Origin: Glaucostegus cemiculus
Lineage: Eukaryota
Reading direction: 5' to 3'
Length of the DNA stretch: 64,000 nucleotides
Assembly: GCA_976551045.1 (NCBI GenBank)
Contig: CDPCPM010000180.1
Span: 22,568,001-22,632,000 of the forward strand
Shown: one piece after another, positions 1 to 11,509 of the stretch
Numbering within the stretch: position 1 is the stretch's first letter
Layout: every line of letters begins with the position of its first letter
The notes under the pieces: model-generated
Seen by the model: only the letters and a program-made list of their open reading frames with translations
The model's database searches: none
What the model was told of the DNA's origin: nothing
Made by a program: the position numbers and the translations under genes

Positions 1-27
1 GTGACAATAAAAACTGATTCTGATTCT

Positions 28-512
28 GAAAAGGGCTTTCATTTACATAGCACCTTTAATGACCCCAGTATGTTCACTGCTGATGATTTACCTTTGATGT
101 GCTGTCTTTTTCTACATAATACTAGAAATGCAACATTCAAATTTGTGTACTACAATGTTCCAAGACATAGCAGCATAACAATGAGCTAATAATTGGCCTT
201 GGTGATAACTGGGGAGTTTCATATGTATTTTCCTTATGACACAGAAGACAGCCATTCAGGTCTTTGCCAGCTCTCCAAGAAAACCTACTTTCCCACTTAT
301 TTCCATGTAATCAATGATCTCTCACATGCCCATCAACTACACCTATTAACCATGCAACTGGACTGTAGGGAGAACTGCCTTGCCTTTCTTCAAAATAGTG
401 TTGTGTGATCTTTTAGCTGATAGGCCAGACAGGATCTCAGTTTACCATCTTATTCTCAAGGGCAGCACTTCCGATGGATCAGTACTTCCTCAGTATTGCC
501 CTGGAGGGTCAG
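28..512 (-). mobile_element. Degenerate, fragmented Deu-SINE-like (SacSINE1/AmnSINE1-type) SINE
   Basis: 'ctttcatttacatagcacctttaatgacc' and 'gggagaactgccttgcctttcttcaaaatagtgttgtgtgatctttt...cagcacttcc...tcagtattgccctggag' resemble the reverse complement of the Deu-SINE tail and core as I recall the consensus. Confidence 0.5.
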
Positions 513-1063
513 TAGAAGCACAGCAGAAACAAAGACTAAATCTAAAAAAATTGTGGAACAGAACAGTTAGTTTAGAAGAAAAATCAACAATAGGAAGCAA
601 TGTCCCCTCAACAATGAGACCAGCAAAGAACGCAAATGACAAGGCTTGCATGCAGCTGTGCTTTCAGATCAGCCACATATCAAGTAGCGGAGGCAAAAAG
701 CTGAAAAGCAAGACACCAAACTGTTCCTGCATCTTTCTGGATTCATGTTCAAGAGTGCTTGATCATGTGCTATGTTCAAAGGCATCCACCTGTCTAAACC
801 TTATAAATACTGGCGCTGCTCCATCTTGAATCATGATTTTCTTGCAATACTCTTCTTCCCATTATGCAAGTGTGAAACAATGCCACTGTAAATCTGCTAC
901 TGGTGGACTTGTGCTAACCAGGGAAGATAGCCTGTGTTATTCTGGGAGCCATGAGACATTATGGTTGATCATATTTAGGAAAAGTTCCACTTGGGTCATG
1001 TAAAGGGTCATGCGAATGGATGAATTCATGGAGAATGCAAATGGGGAGAGCAGGTATGGTAAG

Positions 1064-1915
1064 AGTCATAGAACACTGCAGCACAGAAACACACCCTTTG
1101 GCCAATCTAGTCCATGCCAGTCTGTTTTTTTTGCCAAGTCCCATCTACCTGCACCTGGACCATAGCCCTCCATACCTCTCTCATTCATATTCCTATCCAA
1201 GCTTCTCTTAAGTGTTACAATTGAACCTGCATCCACTACTTCCACTGGCAGTTCATTCCACACTCACACTACCCTCTGAGTGAAGTAGTTCCACCTCAGA
1301 TTCCCCTTAAATATTTCACCTTTCACCCTGAACCTATGACTTTCCAGTTCTAGTCTCACCCAACCTGAGGGGAAAAAGCCTGAATGCATTCACCTATCAA
1401 TACCCCTCATAATTTTGCATACTTCTAGAAGATCTCCCCTCATCTCCTGTGCTCCAGGGAAGAAAGTCCTAACCTATTCAACATATCCCTGTGTCTGAGG
1501 CCCTCAAGTCCTGGCAACATCCTTGTAAATTTTCCCTGCACTCTTTCCAGCTTATTGATATCTCTCCTGAAGGCAGGTGACCAGAACGGCACACAATAGA
1601 GAATTTGGCCTCATCAACATCTTATACAACTTCAACATAACATCCCAACTCATGTATTCATTGCCCTGATTTATGAAGGCCAATGTGCCTTTACAATCGT
1701 ATTTACCTGCAATGCTATTTTCAAGGAATTATGAATCTGCATTCCCAGGTCCCTTTGTTCTACTGCATACTTAGGTGAACTACCATTCACTGTGTAAGTC
1801 TTACCCTGGTTTGTCCTCCCAAAGTGAATCACCTTACACTTATCTACGTTGAATTCCATCTGCCATTTTTCAGCCCATTTTCCCAGCTGGTCCAGATCAC
1901 TTTGCAAGCTTAGAT
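1064..1915 (-). mobile_element. CR1 LINE (outer element), 3' part: RT C-terminus and 3' tail
   Basis: Minus-strand peptides SLQSDLDQLGKWAEKWQMEFNVDKCKVIHFG and WNELPVEVVDAGSIVTLKRSLD are typical of CR1 ORF2. A CR1-like tail ends near 1064. Confidence 0.9.
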
Positions 1916-2034
1916 CACAAGATAATGGAGCAGAAGCAGGCCACTTGGCCCATTGAGTCTTCTCCAAAGGGAAGGGAGGGTGGGGAAAAAAGAGGGAAAA
2001 AGAGGATGAAAAAGAATGAGAAACAAAAACTATT

Positions 2035-5000
2035 CTAACTCCAAATTCCTGCCTTATCTCCATATGCCTTGATACCTCGACAAATTAGATATCTATCTAT
2101 TTCCTTCTTGAATATCCCCAATGATCTGGCCTCCACTGCTATCTGTGGTAAGGAGTTCCAAAGGTTCACCACCCTCTGGCTAAAGAAATTCCTCCTTATC
2201 TCTGTTTTGAACCTGCTTCCTCTAATTCTAAGGTTGTGTCCTCTAGTCCTGGACTCCCCCACCAAGGGAAACAGCTTGACCACATTCACTTTGTCCATTC
2301 CTTTCAGCATCTTGTACGTTTCTATTAGGTCCCCTCTCATCCTCCTGTACTCCGAGTACAGTCCAAGTGCCGACAGTCGCTCATCATATGTAAGCCTTTT
2401 CATCCCAGGAATCATCCTAGTAAATCTCCTCTGAACCCTCTCCAACATCAGCACATCCTTCCTAAGATATGGGGCCCAAAACTGTACACAGTACTCTAAA
2501 TGAGGCCTCACCAGTGCCCCGTATAGCCTCATCAACACTTCCTTGCTTTTATATACTATACCCCTCGAAATAAATGCCAACATAGCATTCACTTTCCTTA
2601 CCGCCGATCCAACCTGGCGGTTAACCTTTAGGTTATCCTGTACGAACACCCCTAAGTCACTTTGTACTTCTGTACTTCCAATTTTATCTCTTTCTAGATA
2701 ATAGACTGCCCGTTTATTTCTACTTCCGAAGTGTACAACTGCACATTTTTCCACGTTGACTCTCATCTGCCATTTCCTCGCCCATTCTCCTAGACTATCC
2801 AAGTCTCTCTGTAACTTTCCTGTCTCTTCACTACTCTCCACTCCTCCCCCAATCTTAGTGTCATCTGCAAACTTAGCCACAAACCCATTTACTCCTTCGT
2901 CTAAATCATTAACATACAAGGTAAAAAGAAGGGGCCCCAACACCGACCCCTGCGGAACACCACTAGTAACCGGCAGCCAACCAGAACAGGAACCTTTTAT
3001 TCCTACCCTCTGCTTCCTGCCATCCAGCCAACGCTCCACCCATTCTGTTATCCTGCCTGTTATTCCGTGATCTCTCATCTTACTAATTAGTCTTTTGTGC
3101 GGCACCTTGTCAAATGCCTTCTGAAAGTCTAAATACACTACATCTACGGCCTCTCCCTTGTCCACCCTGCCTGAGATTTCTTCAAAAAACTCCAATAAGT
3201 TGGTCAGGCAGGATCATCCCTTCACGAACCCATGTTAACTAGGACCTATCTTGCCTTGCACCTCCAGGTATTCCATCACCTCGTCCTTGAGGATCGATTC
3301 TAGTATCTTCCCCACCACAGACGTAAGACTGATAGGTCTGTAATTTCCTTTATGCTGTCTCCCACCTTTCTTATACAACGGAACTACATTTGCAACCCTC
3401 CAGTCCTCCGGAACCACGCCAGCGTCTATCAATTCCTGAAAAATTATCACTAATGCCTCCACTATTTCTAAAGCTACTTCCTTCAGTACCCAGGGATGTA
3501 TTTCATTTGGTCCCGGAGACTTATCAGTCTTTAACCCATTTAGTTTCCCCAACACTTGCTCTCTAGTAATCTTAAATGAACTCAGTTCCGTCCCTCAAGA
3601 CCCTTGATTAACCGGTATATTGTTAATGTCTTCCACCGTGAAGATCGACGCAAAATACTGATTTAGCACCTCCGCCATCTCTTTATCATCCATAATAATC
3701 TCTCCCGCACCATTATCTATTGGTCCTATATCAACGTATCTCTTTTACTCCTTATATATTTAAAAAAACTCTTAGTATCCTTTCGAATGTTCTCTGCCAA
3801 TTTCATTTCATAATTTCTCTTTTCTTTTCTAATGACCTTCTTAGTTTCTTTCTGTAGGTTCTTAAAAGTTACCCAGTCTTCTGTTTTCCCGCTTCTTCTT
3901 GCTTCCTTGTATGCCCTCCCTTTTGCTCTTATTTTAGCTTTCACCTCTCTTGTTATCCACATTTGTGTCCTATTTCCATTTAAAACCTTCTTTTTTTCTT
4001 GGAATGTATCTATCCTGTATTTTCCTTATTTCTTGCTAAAATTCCACCCATTTTTGTTCTGCCGTCCCTCCAGCAAGCTTATATTTCCAATCAATCTGGG
4101 CCAACTCTTCTCTCATCCTTCTGTAATTCCCCTTGTTCCACTGAAATGTCAACACTCCAGTCATCAGCTTCTCTTTTTCAAATTTCAATCTGAACTCAAT
4201 CATATTATGGTCAATAGTTCCTAATGGTTCCTTTACCCTTAGTTCTCTAATCACCTCCGGTTCATTGCGCAACACCCAATCCAAAACAGCCGATCCCCTG
4301 GTGGGCTCATCAACAAGTTGCTCCAAAAAGCCGTCCCGTAAACATTCAACAAACTCGCTCTCCTGAGAACTGCTGCCTTGCTGGGTTTCCCAGTCCACCT
4401 TCATGTTAAAGTCACCCATAATTATCTTAACATTGTCACTCTGACATGCTTTTTCTATCTCTAGCTGCAACTTATGGTCTACTTCCTGATTGCTATTAGG
4501 GGACCTATATATAACAGCTACAACTGTCCTCTTACTCTTGCTATTCCTTAGCTCCACCCATAAAGTTTCCACCTCATCTGACCTAATGTCCTTCCTTTCT
4601 ATTGATTTTATCTCATTACTAACCATCATGGCCACACCACCCCCTCTACCTACCCGCCTATCCTTCCTATACACTGTGTACCCCTGGACATTGAGCTCCC
4701 AGTCACATCCATCATAAAGCCACGACTCAGTGATTGCCACAATGTCGTATTTGTTAATCTGCAGCTGTGCTACTAGGTCATCTACCTTATTCCTAATGCT
4801 ACGTGCATTTAAATATAATACCTTTAGTTCGTTATCCACTGTTGATTTTGTTGTGCTTCCATTTTTCAGCAACTTATCCTTAATTTTCATTTCCTCGTCC
4901 TTCTTTCCATCCTGACTGCTCACTGTCATGGACTTCTTTCTATTTGCCTCCACCTCTAGTCTAACATCCTGTGTCCTAGCATCCTCATTTACCGTACTAC

Positions 5001-5175
5001 TATCGTTCAGCATGTTACCCTGATTAATCACTTGCCTGTCCGTCTTGCCATCCTTATCACACACTATCTTGGACTTGTTTTTTTTAATCTCCTGCCTTTC
5101 TCTATCATCTTTTAACCTAATATCCTGGGTCCCATCCCCCTGCTTGATTAGTTTAAACCTTCCCCAACAGCTAAG
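2035..5175 (-). pseudogene. CR1 ORF2 (APE endonuclease + reverse transcriptase), disrupted
   Basis: APE motifs LYLNARSIRNK, ITESWL, MGDFN, DHNMI (4036-4820). RT motifs YRPISLTSVVGK, LDFQKAFDKVPH, GVPQGSVLGP, FADD (2035-3555). In-frame stops (e.g. 4036, 3235) and frameshifts near 3990 and 3730. Confidence 0.92.
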
Positions 5176-5512
5176 TTAAACATTCCCGCCAGGACTTTGG
5201 ACCCTCTTGAGTTTAGGTGTAACTCATCCTTGCAGAATAGGTCCTCCCTCCCCCAAAAAAGGTCCCAATGGTCCAGGAATCTGAAGCCCTACCCCCTGCA
5301 CCAGTCACTAAGCCACGCATTCATTTGCCATAGCTTTCTGTTCCTGCTACTACTTGCGCGTGGCACAGGCAGCAATCCTGAGATTACCACCTTAGAGGTC
5401 CTTCTCCTCAACTTCCTTCCTAACTCTCTGTATTCCTCCTTCAGGACCCCTTCTTCTTTCTTGCCTACGTCATTGGTGCCTACATGTACCAAGACCTCTG
5501 GCTGCTCTAGAG
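5148..5512 (-). pseudogene. CR1 ORF1 C-terminal half, SGNH/GDSL esterase domain, one premature stop
   Basis: EQPEVLVHVGTND (GxND block) ... WCRG*GFRFLDHWDLFWGREDLFCKDELHLN (DxxH block) ... VGEGLN*. Premature TAG at 5289-5291. Confidence 0.85.
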
Positions 5513-7295
5513 TTAGATAGCCTTCCTCACTGTCTACTATGCCTCCAATTTTGGTGTCATCTGCAAATTTGCTGATACAGTTTATCACATTATCACCTAA
5601 ATCATTAATATAGATGATAAACAACAACAGATCCAGCACCGATCCCTGTGACACACCACCAGTCACAGGCCTCCAGTCAGAGAGACAACCATCTACTACC
5701 ACTCTCTGGCTTCTCCCTCTAAGTCAACATTGAATCCAATTGACCATCCTAAATGCAAAGTTACTTAAGCTTCTGGAGCAGCCTCCCATGTGAGACTTTG
5801 TCAAAGGCCTTGCTAAAGTCCATGTAGACAATGCCCACTGCCTTCCCTTCATCAACCTTCCCGATAACTTGTTCAAAAAACTATTAGATTGGTTAGACAT
5901 GATCTGCCATGCACAAAGCCATGTCAACTATCCTTAATCAGGCCTTGTCTATCTAAATACTTGTATACCTTGTCCCTCAGAATACCTTCCAATAATTTAC
6001 CCATGACTGATGTCAGTTTCACTGGCCTATAATTTCCTGGCTTATTCTTAGAGCCTTTCTTAAACAATGGAACGACATTAGCTATCTTCCAGTCCTCCAG
6101 CACCTCACCCGTGGCTAAGGATATTTTAAATATCTCTGCTAGGGCCCTGCAATTTCTGTACTAGCCTCCCACAAGGTCTGAGGAGATACCTCGTCAGGTC
6201 CAGGGGATTTATCCATCCCAATTCACCTCAAGACAGCTAGCACCTCCTCTTCTGTAATCCAGACATGGCCCATGACCTTACTACTCTTTTTCCTCAGTTC
6301 AATAGACTCTGTGTCTGTCTCCCAAGTAAACACAGATGGAAAAAAATCAATTTAAAATCTCTCCCATCTCTTTTGGCTCCAGGTATAGATGACGACACTG
6401 ATCTTCAAGAGGACCAGTTTTGTCCCTTGTTGTCCTTTTGCCCCTAATATAGTTTTAGAAACCCTTTGGATTCTCTTTCACCTTGTCTGCCCAAGCAACC
6501 TCATATCCACTTTTAGCCCTCCTGATTTCTCTCGCATTTCTTATACTCCTCAAACACCTCATTTGATCCTAGCTGCCTATACCTGATACACACCTCCTTT
6601 TTCTTTACCAGGGTTTCAATATCCCTCAATAACCAAGGTTCCCTGAACCTGATAGCTTTGCTTTATATCCTAACAGAAACATACAGATTCTGTACTCTCA
6701 ATATTTCAGTCTTGAAGACCTCCCACTTACCAAGCATCTCATTTTCAGAAATCAACTTATCCTAATCTACACCTACGAGATCCCTTCTGATGCCATCAAA
6801 ATTGGCCGTACTCCAGTTTAGAATCTTAACCCTAGGACCAGTCTTGTCTTTTTCCATTATTCCATTAGTTTCAAGATAATTGTGATCACTAGATCCAAAG
6901 TGTTCCCCTACACTGACTTCTGTCACCTGCCCTATCTCATTCCCCAAGAGGAGATCCAGTATTGTGTTCCCTCTAGTTGGGACCTCTACGTATTGATTAA
7001 GGAAACTTTCCTGAACACATTTGACAAACTCAATTCCATTCAGTCCTTTTACAGTATGGGAATCCCAGTCAATATGTGGAAAGTTAAAATCACCTACTGC
7101 CGCATCTTTATATTTCCTGCAACTGTCTGCTATCTCTCTACAAATTTGCTCCTTTAAATCCCGCTATTGGGAGATCTTATGATATAGTCCATTAACGTGG
7201 TCGCCTCTTTTTTATTCCTCAGTTCCACCCAAATTGCCTTGGTAGTCGAGTCCTCCAGTATGTCCTCTCTGAGCACTGCCGTGTCATTTTCCCTG
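5513..7295 (-). mobile_element. CR1 LINE (outer element), 5' part: degraded RT N-terminus and endonuclease
   Basis: Peptides DWRPVTGGVSQGSVL...KFADDTKIGGIVDSEEGY, VGEHFGSSDHN and AIWVELRNKK. Many frameshifts. Confidence 0.88.
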
Positions 7296-7920
7296 AAAAC
7301 ACAAAAACTCACTACCTCCTCCCAGCAGCAATCAGTGCATTCCCCCATTTTGTGTACCCGGAGAAAAATGGCAATCCTGAAGAAATTTGTTCACGATGTA
7401 ATGAACAAGTGATTTGTACTCCTTATCCAACCCAGTGTAATGTGCTATCATTACCATGTTAGAAAAGTGACGCGTGTATCTAATGTGTGTTGCTTTGTGC
7501 ATATTAACAGACACTCATTTGATGAGTTATAGAGTGAGGGGATCATAAGCAGGGAGATGAGTCACACATCTCACATAATTTCAAGATATTTACAGTGTCA
7601 ATTGCGATTAAGGGAGCAACCATTTCAAATGTGAGTCATAAGGTTGAGAGACTTGAGCTGATTAATTGGACTGATGTTTGAATGAAATATAGCAGGAATG
7701 TGCATCATCAGAGGTGTTTTTCAGAGATGTTAGACTGAGGCCCATCTACCATATCAAATTAACAGGCAGGGACTCCTTACTTTTTTGGAAAAGGAACAGA
7801 GGGCTGACCTAAACTAGTGAAAGTTTTTTTTTACACAGAGGATACAAAGAGTATTTTTCACTTGTGGAGAGAACACAAGAAGAAGCCATCAACATAAAAT
7901 TGTCACTGAGAAATCCAATT

Positions 7921-8295
7921 AGAGTTACAGTCATACAGAACGGAAACAGGCCCTTTGGCCCAACTTGCCCACGCCAACTGTGTGGCCCAGTGAACGAGTC
8001 CCATAGCCCTCAAAACCCCTCCTATCCATGTACTTACCTAGATGGCTTCTAAATGTTGCTAATGTGCCCACCTCAACCGCTATTTCTGGCAACTCATTCC
8101 AAATGGTCAACTTCCTTTGCGTGAAGAAGCTGCCCCTGATGTCCCTTTCAAATCTCTCGCTTCTAATCTTAAATCCATGCCCTCCTGATTTTAGCACCCC
8201 CTTCCTGGCTAAAAGGTTATGTGCTTTCACCATGTCTATGCCCTTCATGATCTTATATACCTCTGTCCGGTCAACCTTTAATCTCCTACGTTCAC
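7921..8295 (-). mobile_element. CR1 3' fragment
   Basis: RRRLKVDRTEVYKIMKGID...FFTQRKLTIWNELP plus a CR1 tail. Confidence 0.85.
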
Positions 8296-8549
8296 TTGCA
8301 AAATCAGAAAAACTATCTTTACCCAAAGAGTCACGAGAATGTGGAATTCAGTCCCACATGGAGTGGGTGAAATAGACAGAACAGATTCAGGAGGAAGCTG
8401 GGCAAGCGAACAAGGCAATAGGGAATAGGGGCTTCTGCTAATGAGATAAGAGTGGAGGAGGTTTGAGTAGTACATAAGCACCAACTGGATTGGTTTGGCT
8501 GAATGGCTTATTTCTACACTCTACATCCCATGTAATCCTTTTGGAAAGC

Positions 8550-8760
8550 AAAAGATCCTTTGGTACTACTACTAAGAGCTGGTGAGTTCTCCCCAATGTC
8601 CTGTTCAATATTTTACCATCAATCATTAACACTAAAGCAGATTATTTGGTCATGATCACATTGCTGTAAGCGAGATCTTGTCATCTACAATGTTTCTTGC
8701 AATGCGCAGGAAAAAATTACATTTCATTCTATGTAATATGCTTTTCTATATTGTGAAATC
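8550..8760 (+). mobile_element. Deu-SINE-like fragment
   Basis: 'gagttctccccaatgtcctgttcaatatttt...cagattatttggtcatgatcacattgctgt' matches the recalled Deu-SINE core. Confidence 0.6.
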
Positions 8761-9469
8761 ATGGAGGAGCTTAGATATCAGACAGTATGGGATTACAGTG
8801 GGGAAGTGGTGCCAAGATCAGCCATAATCTTACTGAACAGTGGAAACACTCACAAAAGGCTGAATGGCCTACTCCTGTTTCCATTTCTAATGTTCTTATT
8901 AGCTGGTAGAGATGGCATGTACTGCTGCAGCCACCATTATAATTGGACAACCTGACTGAGCTTCCTCTTCTGAATGTCTGGGATTTCCCTTGTATTTATT
9001 TTTACTATCAAGATCTTTAATGTGATTATGCAAAAATTTGAGAGCATTTTTAGGTTTCTCTACATTAGGATCCTAACTTCACTGAAATCCGGCACTCCAG
9101 CATTTTATAGACTATAACGTATGAGAAACTGGAGCCAGAGAGAGCTCTTGGTTGTTCAATTCAAAAGGAAAAGGAAAATGGTGGACATTGGGGTGAGAGT
9201 GAAGGTAGAGGGCGATTGGAGATAATTACATGTAATAGTTGAGGGATTTGGCATCTAAAAATGCCATCTGTGGATTTACTCAATAACTGGTAGAAAAATA
9301 AATGCAGATAAGGTAAGATTTACCAGATTTTAAAAAAGATGAAAACAGTCTTTATTAGAGTTATCATGGACTTTCAAGTATCAGGTTTGGCTTAATGAGT
9401 AACCCTCTCAAATACAAATCAGCATGTTGCACAACAAATCCATTGCTAGATGCAGCTTATAGATTGACA

Positions 9470-9800
9470 TTCTTTGTAGTCCTGAGGGAAATGCTGCACT
9501 CTCAGGGGCACCCTCCTTTTAGATGGGATATTGCCTGGTCTTTCAATGAATGCAAAAAATGTCCACAGTTGTTTTTGAATAAGAGCCAGGGAATTCTCCC
9601 CAACATCCTGTTTAATATTTAACTAAATATCACTAAACTATCTGGCTAGTTATCTCAATGCTGTTTATAGAAACTTTGTGTACAAATTAACTACTTTGTT
9701 TTCTGCACCACAACAGTGACTCCACTTAAGAAAGTAATTCATAGGCTGTAGCTTCTTTGATACCTCCTGCAGTCATGAAGGACTTTACATTAATTTCAAG
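9470..9800 (+). mobile_element. Deu-SINE-like element
   Basis: 'agggaattctccccaacatcctg...tatctggc...caacagtgactccactt...ttcataggctgt' matches the recalled core and tail. Confidence 0.6.
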
Positions 9801-10592
9801 CGACTATTTGAATTAATTGATGAAATACATTCAATGGATTGTATCACTAGCCCACAAAATGCCCTTGATTTGATGCATTTAAAATCTTCAACCATCTGGG
9901 TCTCATCCATGCTAAAACAGAATAAAGTGTGTGACATCCTGATAACTTAATTGGTTATGAACTTCTTCAAGATATCAGCACATAGTGTGTGGCTTTATTG
10001 TTTACTTCTTGACAATGCTGCTCTCATTACTTCCGTGATTTAAACCTAGAAGACTGCAATAAAGTATTCACAAGGAGGCACATGGATAAGGAAGCAATAA
10101 AGACCATACAATCTCATTAGGTGTCAGTCTTATGTTGCAAAGGTTTGTAATGAAGTTTGGAAGTCCTGGAGATTATGTTAACAAGGAGGCAAGGGATTAT
10201 CAGGGGATAATAATTCAACCTACCCTTACCAAACAGAATGAAAATTTAAAGAAAATGACATAATAATGTTAGATATTCTAAATAAAATTTACATTGTACA
10301 ACTAAGGCCTGTTATGATACAGTATGTATACATAACCTGAACATATGCTGAATTCAGATGTAGAAATCATTATGACACAAAGTTCATTTCATTAGCACTG
10401 CAGGCCAATAACAATTGCATCCAAATAATACTTGTTCAGTGTGTTGTTTGTCCAAAGCCAAAAATAGAGGGAAGAGAAAGTGAATGCCACATTCCAATGC
10501 ATGAATAAGAAACGTTAAAATGTCAAAGCACTGTTTTACAGAAGAGACTTTAAGGTTCTGTCAGTTCACTTAGACGACTATAAAAGATCCAA

Positions 10593-11267
10593 AGCAACTA
10601 ACAATCTTCTGGAGGAACTCAGCAGGTTAAGCAGCATCTTTGGGGGGGTGGGGGGGGAGGAATTGTCGACATTTCTGCATCAGGACCGAGAGAGTGGTGA
10701 GGGGAAATAGCTAGTATGAAGAGGAAAGGGAGAGTCATGAAACCAAAGCCAGAGGTGATTGGTGGACAGGGGTGTGGTGGGGAGGGGGTGAGGGGTTCGG
10801 GGTGTAGAAGGATGATGGTCAGATTGAGCCAGGTAGGGGAGGGAGAAGGGTGGAGTTGAGAGACATGATAGATGGAGGCAGACAGAAAGAAAAAACAGGA
10901 ACACAAAGGCTACCAGTACTGGAATCTGATAAGATAGGAAGGTGATAATAGGAATCATGAGGGAAAAGGTGAAAGACAGAAGGAACCAGGACCACATGGG
11001 GGAAGGGGGATGAGCTGGTGGGTGAATTATGTGGGTGGGGTATGGGAAAGGACACAAGAATAGGGTGACCAAAGGTGGATCAGAAGGAAGGAGACTGGAG
11101 GGAGAGTGGAAGTTGGAAGGTGGAGTGAGGGAAAACAGAAGTGAGGGTTAGTTCTGTGTCAGGGTTTCGATTCCTTTCCCACCAAAAAATGCTGCCCAAC
11201 CTGCTGAGTTCTTCCAGCAGATTGTTTGTTGCTCCAGATTCCGGTGTCTTCAGTCTCTTGGGTCTCC
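10593..11267. mobile_element. Penelope-like (PLE) non-autonomous insertion with inverted termini and a purine-rich interior
   Basis: The left arm 'agcaactaacaatcttctggaggaactcagcaggttaagcagcat' is nearly the reverse complement of ~11188-11233. TSD-like repeats ataaaagatccaa (10580-10592) and atgaaagacccaa (11268-11280). Confidence 0.7.
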
Positions 11268-11509
11268 ATGAAAGACCCAAGAGCAGGATCACAGAGGAGT
11301 AAGGGAATCTATTCAATATATAATGCTCAAACAACAAAAGCAGGTTAAAGAACTGTTCAAATGGCCATTGCTAAATAAAGTTAATTGAGTATTAGTAATG
11401 AAGATGAGATCATGGAAAAATAAAGTTAAACTCAAAGGTTTTATCTGAAAGTGTATAATGTTCACATCAATAGAAATGAATCAATAGCATAGAAACAAAT
11501 GTAAATGAA

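Larger units (their letters stand above)
1916..5512 (-). mobile_element. Younger 5'-truncated CR1 LINE (3.6 kb) nested in the outer CR1
   Basis: Contains the ORF1 3' half, full-length ORF2 and a 3' UTR. Flanked by direct repeat TTAGAT at 1910-1915 and 5513-5518. Removing it restores EEGYLSLQSDL in the host element. Confidence 0.93.

Noticed and set aside
380-829. 149-aa plus-strand ORF
   Set aside because: Starts at TTG inside an antisense SINE remnant. No recognisable domain or splice structure.
795-830. TATAAATA followed by a YY1-like CCATCTT
   Set aside because: No CpG island or downstream gene structure, and such motifs are common in AT-rich DNA.
10619-11337. Pro/Ser/Phe-rich minus-strand ORFs
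   Set aside because: Translations of a low-complexity pyrimidine strand of a PLE remnant.
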